Below, piece after piece: positions 46,892 through 54,982 of a stretch of 64,000 nucleotides of DNA. A program made the translations under genes and the position numbers. The notes below the pieces were generated by a model. That model was not told the origin of the DNA. It saw only the letters and a program-made list of their open reading frames with translations, and searched no databases. The DNA is from Gemmatimonadales bacterium (GTDB taxonomy: Bacteria > Gemmatimonadota > Gemmatimonadetes > Gemmatimonadales > GWC2-71-9), in the NCBI GenBank assembly GCA_035559715.1, contig DATMAW010000161.1, forward strand, positions 2,271 to 66,270, in the 5' to 3' direction. Positions within the stretch are counted from its first letter, which is position 1. Each line of letters starts with the position of its first letter.

Positions 46892-47581
46892 CTACCAGGA
46901 GACGGCGAAGCCGGAGAAGTGGAACACGGCAACCGAGAACCGCTTCAGTGTGGCGTCGTGAGCCGCGGGCACGCGCACCCAGGGGATCCCGGTGAGTTCC
47001 TGATACCAGACGCCCAGGCGTTGCTCGCGGAGCAGTTCGTCGTCGGCGTCCACGTCCCCGTCGCCGTCGAGATCCTGCTCGGCTCCCCCGTAGTACACGT
47101 CGAGGGCCAGCGGGCTCGTGGGGTTGAACTGGAGACCGGACGGCCCGAACTTCACTCGCACCAGTGAGGAATCAATGGTGAGTGTGATCAGGACGGAGTC
47201 GCCCTCGGCGACGGCCGATCCGTCAGGCAGCCGTAAGAGGGCGTCTGCCGGCACCGTCACCTGGAGGAAGGGGGCGTTTCCGCCGCTGCCAGCGTAGTCA
47301 ATGCGCAGTTGTTCTGCGCGACCTCGGCGGGCCCAGATACTCGCCTGATACCGCTCGAGCGGGGTAGGTTCGGCCTGCGCGGACGCCAACACCCGGCCCG
47401 GCAAACGTGGCACCACAACGAATCGGGGTGCGCTCCCACGGTCGGGCCAACGGAGGAAGTGCATGGCGACTTCGGGCCGGCCGTCCAACACGGCTGTGGG
47501 GCGTGGGGGGCCGATCGGCTCCGAGCATGCCAGCGCGCCAAGCGTCGCGCCGATCACCCACGCTTTCAGGGCCCTACGCAT
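46892..47581 (-). CDS. lipoprotein, hypothetical, with acidic DxDxDG-type cluster
   Basis: Strong RBS AAAGGAGGatgtATG at 47581. Lipobox ATLGALAC. Contains QDLDGDGDVDADDE. The 111 upstream codons of track ORF 46892..47914 are not credited. Confidence 0.7.
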   Translation of the reverse strand: MRRALKAWVIGATLGALACSEPIGPPRPTAVLDGRPEVAMHFLRWPDRGSAPRFVVVPRLPGRVLASAQAEPTPLERYQASIWARRGRAEQLRIDYAGSGGNAPFLQVTVPADALLRLPDGSAVAEGDSVLITLTIDSSLVRVKFGPSGLQFNPTSPLALDVYYGGAEQDLDGDGDVDADDELLREQRLGVWYQELTGIPWVRVPAAHDATLKRFSVAVFHFSGFAVSW

Positions 47582-47823
47582 ACATCCTCCTTTGGGTCGA
47601 AAAGTCGTCTGCACCAGGCTTCCCCGCCTGTCGCCGCCCAGCCCTGTTGTTGGGCGCGCGACCCCGAACGCGGTGCAGTTCATCCACGCACACGGCATGC
47701 CCCATCTTCCAACTGTTACAACGTGTTGCGATTGAATGACTTGCGTTGTCATCCCGAGCCGTGAGCAGGGACTGAAACGTGCCAACTGGTTGATTTCAGA
47801 CCACTCGTTCACGTGGGACGACC

Positions 47824-49188
47824 CTAGTCCAGCTGCCCTGATTGGATCAGTCTCCGAAGCCGCTGTCGCGAAACGCCCAAGCGCTGTGCCGCATGACTCC
47901 GGTTGCCCTGGCACTGTTCGAGCATCAGGCGGGCGGCGGTGCGACTGATCTCCCGCAGCGACGCCGGAAACGGCAGGCTGCCACTGGAGGGGATTGGGGC
48001 TGCATCACCTCTAGGTACGAGCTCGGACGGCCGCACCTCCCCTGGCGGGGACAGCAGCAGGGCGCGTTCGACGGCGTTCTTCAGCTCGCGAATATTCCCG
48101 GGCCAGTGGTAACTGCGGAGCGCCTGGCGGACCTCGGGCGTCAGCGACGGGACCGGGAGGCCGTGCTGTCGCGCCAGCGACTCCAGTAGGGCCGCGCTGA
48201 TGAGGATCGTATCCTCTCCCCGTTCCCGCAGTGGCGGCAACTCGAGCACGATGACGCTAAGCCGGAAGTACAGGTCGCTGCGGAAAGTCCCGTGCTTCAC
48301 GGCGTGTTCGAGGTTCTCGTTCGTAGCGGCGAGAATGCGCACGTCCACGGTCCGGCTCTTCGTGCCGCCTACGCGCCGAATGCTCTTGTCGTCCAGGACC
48401 CTGAGCAGCTTGGCCTGCGTTTCGAGGGGGAGGGTCCCCACCTCGTCGAGGAACAGCGTACCTCCGTCGGCCACTTCAAACAGCCCCGGCTTGGCGACGT
48501 GGGCGTCGGTGAACGCGCCACGTTCGTGCCCGAACAACTCGGACTCCACCAGGCGTTCCGGCAGCGCGGAGCAGTTGACCGCGACGAACGGGGCCGCGCG
48601 CCGGGGGCCGCCGTCGTGAATGGCGCGAGCGAGTAACTCCTTTCCAGTCCCCGTTTCTCCGACAATGAGCGCCGTTGCGTCGCGCCGCTGCAAGATCATT
48701 GAAGCGCGGGCGAGGGTGGCCTTCAATGCGTCGCTGTCCCCGACCAGAGCGGAGAAGGCCTCGTCCTTCGCCTTCAGTTGCAGTTGCTCCGCGCGCCGCA
48801 TGTGATGGCGGTGGCGATCAACCGCGGCCCCGAGGGCATTGCGCAGGAGCTCGAGGTCTTCGGGGAGGGCGAAGTAGTCAGCGGCACCGCGCTGCACCAG
48901 TGCCGTGGCGGTGCGGCGGCTGGGGTCGGCTCCAACGACGAGAATAGGACATGACAGGCCTTCCCTCTGCGCATCGAGCCAGTTGCGGGCCTCTTGCTCT
49001 GCGCCACCCGCTGCGAGGACAACAGCGGCAACCTCCGGAGTCGCTATGCAGGCATCGTTCGCGTCCAGGAATGAGACTACCGCTCCGCCTCCTGGGACTT
49101 GCCCCCAGATGTCGGCGAAGGCCCTGGAAAGCTCGACAACAAGTACGCGAGTGACGCCCAACAGTCCTCCGTTTTCCTCTCGGTGCAC
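47824..49188 (-). CDS. sigma-54-dependent transcriptional activator (bacterial enhancer-binding protein) with degenerate receiver-like N-terminal domain
   Basis: AAA+ core GETGTGKELLARAIH, GAFTDA (GAFTGA loop variant), ESELFGHERGAFT, RSDLYFRLSV, and C-terminal Fis-type HTH NRSHAAQRLGVSRQRLRRLI. The N-terminal ~125 aa has a receiver-like layout but lacks the usual DD/D/K residues (VLVVELSRA; VVLAAGG; YFALP). Confidence 0.9.
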   Translation of the reverse strand: MHREENGGLLGVTRVLVVELSRAFADIWGQVPGGGAVVSFLDANDACIATPEVAAVVLAAGGAEQEARNWLDAQREGLSCPILVVGADPSRRTATALVQRGAADYFALPEDLELLRNALGAAVDRHRHHMRRAEQLQLKAKDEAFSALVGDSDALKATLARASMILQRRDATALIVGETGTGKELLARAIHDGGPRRAAPFVAVNCSALPERLVESELFGHERGAFTDAHVAKPGLFEVADGGTLFLDEVGTLPLETQAKLLRVLDDKSIRRVGGTKSRTVDVRILAATNENLEHAVKHGTFRSDLYFRLSVIVLELPPLRERGEDTILISAALLESLARQHGLPVPSLTPEVRQALRSYHWPGNIRELKNAVERALLLSPPGEVRPSELVPRGDAAPIPSSGSLPFPASLREISRTAARLMLEQCQGNRSHAAQRLGVSRQRLRRLIQSGQLD

Positions 49189-49298
49189 GGCTGCGTGTGG
49201 GTGAAGGCATGTCAGCTAGCACAAAACGTACCAGTACTTGGCTTCTGGGGTGTCATTGTAACACGTTGTCAATAAACAATTTCCAGAGATATGTGACG

Positions 49299-49314
49299 TG
49301 GCGCGCACGTTGCC
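49299..49314 (+). promoter_or_regulatory. sigma-54 (-24/-12) promoter upstream of the HD-GYP-like gene
   Basis: TGGCGC-gcacg-TTGCC against consensus TGGCAC-N5-TTGCW: the GG and GC dinucleotides have exact spacing and 14 of the 16 positions are consensus-compatible. It sits 58 nt upstream of ATG 49372 (RBS GGAG at 49361), in the AT-richer divergent region next to the EBP gene. Confidence 0.6.
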
Positions 49315-49371
49315 TCTTTCATCAACCGATACGCGACGCACCACCGCCACAGTCTGCTTCGGAGCTACAAC

Positions 49372-50112
49372 ATGGAACGAATCGTATCGGCGACGGCCCG
49401 CAGGCGGCTCCCGCCCCCGTTTTTCCCGGCTCGGACCAGGGCCCGAAGCAGGAGCAGCCGAATCGCCGAGAGACAGCGCTGGCGCTCTGTTATAGGCGTC
49501 GCGAGGCAGCTCGATGTGTCGGATCTCTGCACGGCGGGGCACTCCATCCGAGTGGGGGGCCTTGCCCACGCCATGGCCCGTCAATTGGGCCTGTCACGGC
49601 GGGAAGTCCGCCTGATTCGGATCGGGGGGCTGCTGCACGACATCGGCAAGGTGGGGGTGCCCAAGGCGTTGCTTTCCAAACCGGAGCCGCTCACGGACGA
49701 TGAGTACCGTCGAGTCATGGCTCACACCACGCTCGGCGCCCGCATGCTCGCGCCGCTCGGCACGCGATATCCGACGATCCTGGGGATCGTTCGGTGGCAC
49801 CACGAGCGCGTTGACGGGCGCGGTCTGCCGGATGGGTTGCGCGGCGACGCCATTCCCCTCGGCGCGCGCATCGTGGCCGTGGCGGACGCGTTCGACGCGA
49901 TGACGAGCGCGAGGCCGTATCGCCGCTTCCCGCTCTCGGCGGCAGAGGCCATCGTCGAGCTTGAGCACGGCGCGGGCACTCAATTCGACGCCACCTGTGT
50001 GCGGGCGCTCCGCTGTGCGTGGTCCACCGCCCTCGCCGACATCGCAAGCACGATGATGCGGTCCCCGACAGCCCCGGGAGGGCTGGTTGGCGCCCTGGCA
50101 CCTCTGACCTAG
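49372..50112 (+). CDS. stand-alone HD-GYP-like domain protein (probable c-di-GMP phosphodiesterase; GYP replaced by GLP)
   Basis: HSIRVGGLAHAMARQLGL, LLHDIGKVGVP, HHERVDGRGLPDGL, AVADAFDAMTSARPYR. Confidence 0.85.
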   Translation: MERIVSATARRRLPPPFFPARTRARSRSSRIAERQRWRSVIGVARQLDVSDLCTAGHSIRVGGLAHAMARQLGLSRREVRLIRIGGLLHDIGKVGVPKALLSKPEPLTDDEYRRVMAHTTLGARMLAPLGTRYPTILGIVRWHHERVDGRGLPDGLRGDAIPLGARIVAVADAFDAMTSARPYRRFPLSAAEAIVELEHGAGTQFDATCVRALRCAWSTALADIASTMMRSPTAPGGLVGALAPLT

Positions 50113-50393
50113 ATCCGGGTACGCTGGGAGGGACTACAAGCGGCTGGCCACAGAGCGGAGAATCGAGGTCTCCAAACAAGGGCTAAGCTCTTCGACCGAC
50201 CCGACGAGGTACGCAATTCCGAGAAGGGGAGCCTCGCCGGCCACCCCACCGCGGCGTTCGACGACGGCCGCATCTTCGACCTGACGCCCGGCACGGTGTT
50301 CTACATCCCCCGGAGCCGCACGACAGTCGGGTGGTGGGCAACGAGCCCTATGTCTCTCTGCATCTCCTGGGGGCCGATCGGTACGCGAAGTAG
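50113..50393 (+). pseudogene. possible frameshifted cupin-domain remnant
   Basis: One frame reads ...SEKGSLAGHPTAAFDDGRIFDLTPGTVFYIP. After a C5 run (50307-50311) a second frame continues PEPHDSRVVGNEPYVSLHLLGADRYAK*. Joined, this resembles cupin motif 2 (PG....IP...PH...N.g.EP). No intact ORF is present. Confidence 0.3.
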
Positions 50394-50479
50394 TCCCTCC
50401 ATGACGCGTGCCTGGAGCGCCGTCGAGTCACGCCACTTCTTGACACCGGCTTGACGCCGGGCCCGGACCTTGGCCCGGT

Positions 50480-52798
50480 ATGCATCAACGCGCATTGGCA
50501 TTCTTTCGCCGATTGATTCGTCATCGGACGGCTGTGCTCGGCGCCACGGGCGTCGTCGTCCTGGTGGCGGTCCTGGGCGCCCGCCGTGTGCGCGTGGACT
50601 TCAGCGTGGAGCAGTTCTTCCTCCCATCCGGGCCGGAGCGGGAGGCGTTCGACGCCTATCGCCACACCTTCCCCCGCGAGGACGCACAGGTCACCCTCTT
50701 CTGGCAGGACGCCCGCCCGCCCGGCATCGTCCTGTACCGCGACATGGAGCGCGCCGCCCGGTTGTTCGAGGAGGCGGGCCTCGAGGACGTGCGGTGGATC
50801 GGCAACGCGCTGGTGGCCGAGTCGGAAGGCGACGCCGGGCTGTCGCTGGTACCGTTGCTGGACTCGATCACCACCGACAACGTGGTAGCCGCGCGCCTCG
50901 CGCGCCATCGCGACGATCCCCTGCTCCGAGGTTTCCTGTGGGACGCTGGCCAGCACGTGTTCGCCCTGCACGGCTACCTGGCTCCCGAGCAGAACCACGA
51001 CGCCGGCCGGCGCGCGGTGGAAGAGACCCTCACCGAGCGGCTCGCCGCGCTCCGCGTGCAGTCCGCGCATCTGGTGCTGGGCGGCCTGCCCATCGCCCGA
51101 TCCCGCGCGCCCAAGCTGCTGGCCCGCGACCTCAACGTGCTGGCCGCCGCGGCCGTGGCGATCTCCGGAGTTGTCCTGTTGTACTTCCTGCGCCATCCCC
51201 TCCAGGTGGTGCTGCTGCTGGCCTCCGTGGCGCCAGCGTATCTCTGCACCGTGGGCCTCATGGGCGTTCTCGGGAAGCCCATCAGCGTACTGACCAGCTT
51301 CATCCCGGTGGTGGTCCTGGTGGTGGGGATGAGCGACGCCGTCCACCTCGTGGCCGAGTTCCGCCGGCGCCTGGCCGCGGCCGAGCCTGCGGCGGACGCC
51401 GTGACGCACACGTTCGCCACGCTCGCGGTGCCGTGCTTCTACACATCGCTCACCACCGCCATTGGCTTTGGGACCCTCGCCGGAACCGGCATCGGCATGG
51501 TCATGGATTTCGGCCTGTTCACCGCGCTGGCGATCCTCCTCACCTACTCGTTCACGTCCACGCTGCTTCCGGTCTTGCTCTCTTTCGTACGCCCCCGCGC
51601 GTTCGACGATTGCGGGCTGTCCGCTCCCTGGATCCGCCGTCTCGTGGCCGCCGGGGTGGCGCAGCTTCGCCGCCGGCGTCGCACGGTGGCACTGAGCCTC
51701 GGGAGCCTGAGCGTGGCGGGACTCATTCTCGGCCTTGGGCTCCGGGTCAACACCCTGCTGATAGACGACATCAACCGGCGGGCGGCGATCATGCGAGACA
51801 TCCGCTGGATCGAGTCGCGGGGATTCGGCCTGTTCCAGCTCGTGATCCACGTCAAGGCGGGCGGTGCTGAGCCGCTGCACCGCCCCGAAGCCCTGGCCTG
51901 GATGAACGGCGTTCGGGACTTCATGCGGAGCGACCCACTGGTGTTGAGCGCGTTCGCTCCAGCGGATCTGATTACGCCGCTCGCGCACGCGTTCGACGAT
52001 ACCGGCGGCAACGAGGGCGTGATCACCTCCACCGAAGAGGCAGCCCAGTTGTTGTTGCTGGTCGAAATGGCGGACCGCGGGGTGGTGCGCTCCCTCTATG
52101 CGCAGCCGGAGGGCGAGGCCCAGGTCATTGCCACCGTGCGAGACGCGGGGTCGGTCGAACTGCAACCGTTCCTCGATCGCGTGGACGCGTATCTCAACGC
52201 GCACCCCTTCCCGGATGGGACGGCCGGACCCACCGGGACGGTGATCATGATCCAGGCGTTCACCGCCAGGCTGCTCCGCAACCTGGTCCCGAGCGTGGCG
52301 CTGGCGATGATCCTGATCTGTGCCTGCGTCATGTGGATGTTCCGTTCGGTTCGACTCGGCCTGCTGGCGATCCTGCCCAACCTGATCCCGCTGGCCGTGT
52401 TACTCGGCGCCATGCGGCTCGGTGCGTTCGACCTCAAGCCGTCCACCATCCTAGTCTTCTCGGTGGCGTTTGGGATCGCGGTGGACAACTCCATTCATCT
52501 ACTGGGGCGCTTCCTCAGCGCCACGACACAGACGCCGGCTGTGGAGGCGGCGCTGGAGGAGGCGCTGCAAGCCGCGGGCCCCGCGCTGGTGATGAACACC
52601 GTGGTCGTGGTGGCGGGATTCGCGGTGCTGCTGGCGTCCAGTTTCCAGGTGCTCTTGCTCATCGGCCTCATGACGGTGGTGAGCGCGGTGGCCGCGCTGG
52701 CCGCCAACCTGTTCGTCTTTCCGGCGATCGTGGCCGTGGCATGGAGGCGCGCCCCGGCACGCGGGGCCCTGCCGCGCCGACTGGAGCGAGTCATATGA
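50480..52798 (+). CDS. RND-superfamily exporter of the MMPL/COG1033 (HpnN-like) type
   Basis: 772 aa with two 6-TM bundles, each preceded by a periplasmic domain. N-terminus FFRRLIRHRTAVLGATGVVVLVAVLGARRVRVDFSVEQFF; SSD-like regions (VVVLVVGMSDAVHLV...; VFSVAFGIAVDNSIHLL). Confidence 0.85.
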   Translation: MHQRALAFFRRLIRHRTAVLGATGVVVLVAVLGARRVRVDFSVEQFFLPSGPEREAFDAYRHTFPREDAQVTLFWQDARPPGIVLYRDMERAARLFEEAGLEDVRWIGNALVAESEGDAGLSLVPLLDSITTDNVVAARLARHRDDPLLRGFLWDAGQHVFALHGYLAPEQNHDAGRRAVEETLTERLAALRVQSAHLVLGGLPIARSRAPKLLARDLNVLAAAAVAISGVVLLYFLRHPLQVVLLLASVAPAYLCTVGLMGVLGKPISVLTSFIPVVVLVVGMSDAVHLVAEFRRRLAAAEPAADAVTHTFATLAVPCFYTSLTTAIGFGTLAGTGIGMVMDFGLFTALAILLTYSFTSTLLPVLLSFVRPRAFDDCGLSAPWIRRLVAAGVAQLRRRRRTVALSLGSLSVAGLILGLGLRVNTLLIDDINRRAAIMRDIRWIESRGFGLFQLVIHVKAGGAEPLHRPEALAWMNGVRDFMRSDPLVLSAFAPADLITPLAHAFDDTGGNEGVITSTEEAAQLLLLVEMADRGVVRSLYAQPEGEAQVIATVRDAGSVELQPFLDRVDAYLNAHPFPDGTAGPTGTVIMIQAFTARLLRNLVPSVALAMILICACVMWMFRSVRLGLLAILPNLIPLAVLLGAMRLGAFDLKPSTILVFSVAFGIAVDNSIHLLGRFLSATTQTPAVEAALEEALQAAGPALVMNTVVVVAGFAVLLASSFQVLLLIGLMTVVSAVAALAANLFVFPAIVAVAWRRAPARGALPRRLERVI

Positions 52799-53604
52799 AC
52801 GCGTCGAGAACGGTGAAGGCCCTGAGACTCGGCCGCGCTGCCGCATTCCTCGTGCTGGGCGCGCCGGTCCAACGCCTCGGGGCGCAAGAGGCGGCATCCG
52901 AATCGGGGCGGCAAATCGCCGAACGCGCGATTGCCCAGCTCAAGGGCTACGGTGACGTGGCGGCCGAGATCACGATCGTGCTCAAAGCCCGCCGGGGCGA
53001 TGCCAGAACCTGGACCGTGCGGTTGCTGAGTCTGGAGCAGCCCGGCGTCGAGCGAACCATCGTGGTCTTCGAGCGACCGCGGGACGTGCGGGGAACGGCG
53101 CTGCTCACGGCCACGCGGCCCGGGCGCGAGAACGAGCAGTGGCTCTATCTGCCGGCGGTGGGCAGGGTGAAACGCATCGCGTCGCAGGGCCGCTCCAGCT
53201 CGTTCATGGGGACGGAGTTCTCGTATGAAGACGTCGCGCCCGACGACGCGGCCCGATACCGCTACGGCGAGACGCGCGCCGACACGCTGGACGGCGTCCC
53301 GGTGACTGCGGTGGAGCGGTTTCCGCAGGATCCCGGATCCGCCTACGGTCGTCAGCTCCTGTGGGTGGACGGCGACGATCGGCCGATCCGCATTGACTAC
53401 TTCGACCGCGCCGGCTCGCAGGTCAAGACACTCCATTACCGCGGCTATCGGTTGCGGGCAGGTCGCTTCTGGCGCGCCGACGAGATGGAGATGGTGAACC
53501 ACAAGACGCTGGCCAGCACCACGCTGCTGTGGACCGCGTATCGGTTTGGCGCCGGGCTTCGCGCGAGCGATTTCGAGCCCGACGCCCTGGGTCGAACGCC
53601 ATGA
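52795..53604 (+). CDS. LolA-like outer-membrane lipoprotein-sorting-type protein
   Basis: The start ATG overlaps the RND stop (ATGA). Signal peptide present. TIVVFERPRDVRGTALLT....NEQWLYLPAVGRVKRIASQGRSSSFMGTEFSYEDV is the hallmark of the LolA_like family. Confidence 0.75.
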   Translation: MNASRTVKALRLGRAAAFLVLGAPVQRLGAQEAASESGRQIAERAIAQLKGYGDVAAEITIVLKARRGDARTWTVRLLSLEQPGVERTIVVFERPRDVRGTALLTATRPGRENEQWLYLPAVGRVKRIASQGRSSSFMGTEFSYEDVAPDDAARYRYGETRADTLDGVPVTAVERFPQDPGSAYGRQLLWVDGDDRPIRIDYFDRAGSQVKTLHYRGYRLRAGRFWRADEMEMVNHKTLASTTLLWTAYRFGAGLRASDFEPDALGRTP

Positions 53605-54827
53605 AACCTCGCAGGCTTCGGCGAGCGCATCCACTCGGTCGCTGCGCATCCCCCGTGTTTCCGCCGCCTGCTAGGGCTGTCCTGGCGTTCGGGTGCGCGC
53701 TGGCCTGGTTGCTGCCTGCGGCGGCCTCCGCGCAATGGCGCGGCGACATTGGCATCACGGAGCGGCTCTATGCGTCGCCGGGGGCCGGGGTCGGCCCGGC
53801 GCGCCATGAACCGGTCATCGTCGCCGGCGCCGCGGGCCGCACACGGTTGGGAGCGGCGCGCCTCGCGTTCGGGGCGTCGGTGCGGGCCGGTGATGAAGAT
53901 TATGGTGTTCTCGCCGACGTGCATGAGTTGAGCGCGGGGCTGACGCGCGGCCGGTGGTCCTTGCGAGCCGGCGTCTCCCAAGTGTCCTGGGGCGTGCTGG
54001 AGTCCGCGCAGCTGGTGGACGTGCTCAACCAGCGGGCAATGGTCCCCGGTGTCAGCGGCGGACTCAAGCTGGGCCAGCCTATGGTCAACCTGGGAGTCCG
54101 CGGGATCTGGGGGACGGGGACGGTGGACTTCTATCTGTTGCCGTGGTTTCGTGCCCGGCCGTTCGTGGGACGGGCCGCGCGCGTGTGGTCCGGTCAGATG
54201 GTGAGCGCAGACGAGCCGGCATTCGGTCCCGCGGACGGAAGGCATCGCATGGACTGGGCGGTGCGCGGCACGCGGGGCTTCGGCGAGTGGGACGTGGGCC
54301 TGAGTCTCTTTCGGGGCACGGATCGCGAGCCGGCATTCCAATCCCTCATCGGCGAGGAAGGCTTTGGCCGATTACTGCCGCGCTACGACGTGGTCCGGCG
54401 GGTGGGCGTGGACATCCAGTGGACTCACGGCCGCTGGCTGGGCAAACTGGAAGCCGCGAGCGGCAACCCGTCGTCAGGTCGCTACGTGGCCGTTGGTACG
54501 GGACTCGAATTCGCGCCGGCGGACTACGTGAGCGCGTTCGTGGAATACGTGCACGACAGCCGCGGAGCCAGGGCGCCCACGTCGTTGGAGCGTGACGTGT
54601 GTGTCGGCGGCCGCCTGCTCTACCGTGACGGACATGTGGGTCTCCGCGGCTCGGTGGACCGTGTCACCGGCAACGCTTCGGTGGGGTTCGAGACGGCGCG
54701 CCGGCTCTCCAATTCGACCGCGGTGACGCTCCAGGCCATGGCGTTCCTGGGCGACGCGGCCAGCGAGCCGCCGGTGGCGCTACGCCACGACAGCAACGTC
54801 GCACTCGGCGTGCATCGCTACTTCTGA
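53601..54827 (+). CDS. putative outer-membrane beta-barrel protein (hypothetical)
   Basis: The start ATG overlaps the previous stop (ATGA). Signal peptide (...LLPAAASAQ), alternating beta-strand-like pattern and aromatic C-terminus ...LGVHRYF. Confidence 0.6.
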   Translation: MKPRRLRRAHPLGRCASPVFPPPARAVLAFGCALAWLLPAAASAQWRGDIGITERLYASPGAGVGPARHEPVIVAGAAGRTRLGAARLAFGASVRAGDEDYGVLADVHELSAGLTRGRWSLRAGVSQVSWGVLESAQLVDVLNQRAMVPGVSGGLKLGQPMVNLGVRGIWGTGTVDFYLLPWFRARPFVGRAARVWSGQMVSADEPAFGPADGRHRMDWAVRGTRGFGEWDVGLSLFRGTDREPAFQSLIGEEGFGRLLPRYDVVRRVGVDIQWTHGRWLGKLEAASGNPSSGRYVAVGTGLEFAPADYVSAFVEYVHDSRGARAPTSLERDVCVGGRLLYRDGHVGLRGSVDRVTGNASVGFETARRLSNSTAVTLQAMAFLGDAASEPPVALRHDSNVALGVHRYF

Positions 54828-54982
54828 GCCGGGTCCTCCGCGCGGAACGCGGGACTAGCCGGTGGCTCGCCGGGCGGCTCAATTTGGTGCCGTTCGGTCG
54901 GCGGGTCCGCTCAAGAGTGAGATGAACGACGCGACGATTCGTGTGGTGGATCGCGCCGATCTACTCCGTGGCAACATTCAGT

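Noticed and set aside
47769-47785. TTGGCACG (minus strand), immediately after the EBP stop, looked like a sigma-54 -24 element for the lipoprotein/TPR genes.
   Set aside because: The -12 position reads AGTCC (TC instead of the invariant GC). The nearest TGC is 4 nt too far. A second GG-N10-GC candidate (TGGGCGgcgacAGGCG, minus strand ~47640-47625) has only the bare dinucleotides, which is not distinctive in GC-rich sequence.
47824-49188. Tested the idea that the EBP is a FleQ-type c-di-GMP receptor by looking for FleQ contact motifs.
   Set aside because: The LFRS and post-Walker-A ARN motifs are not present (AFSALVG and LARAIH instead). c-di-GMP control remains only a contextual hypothesis.
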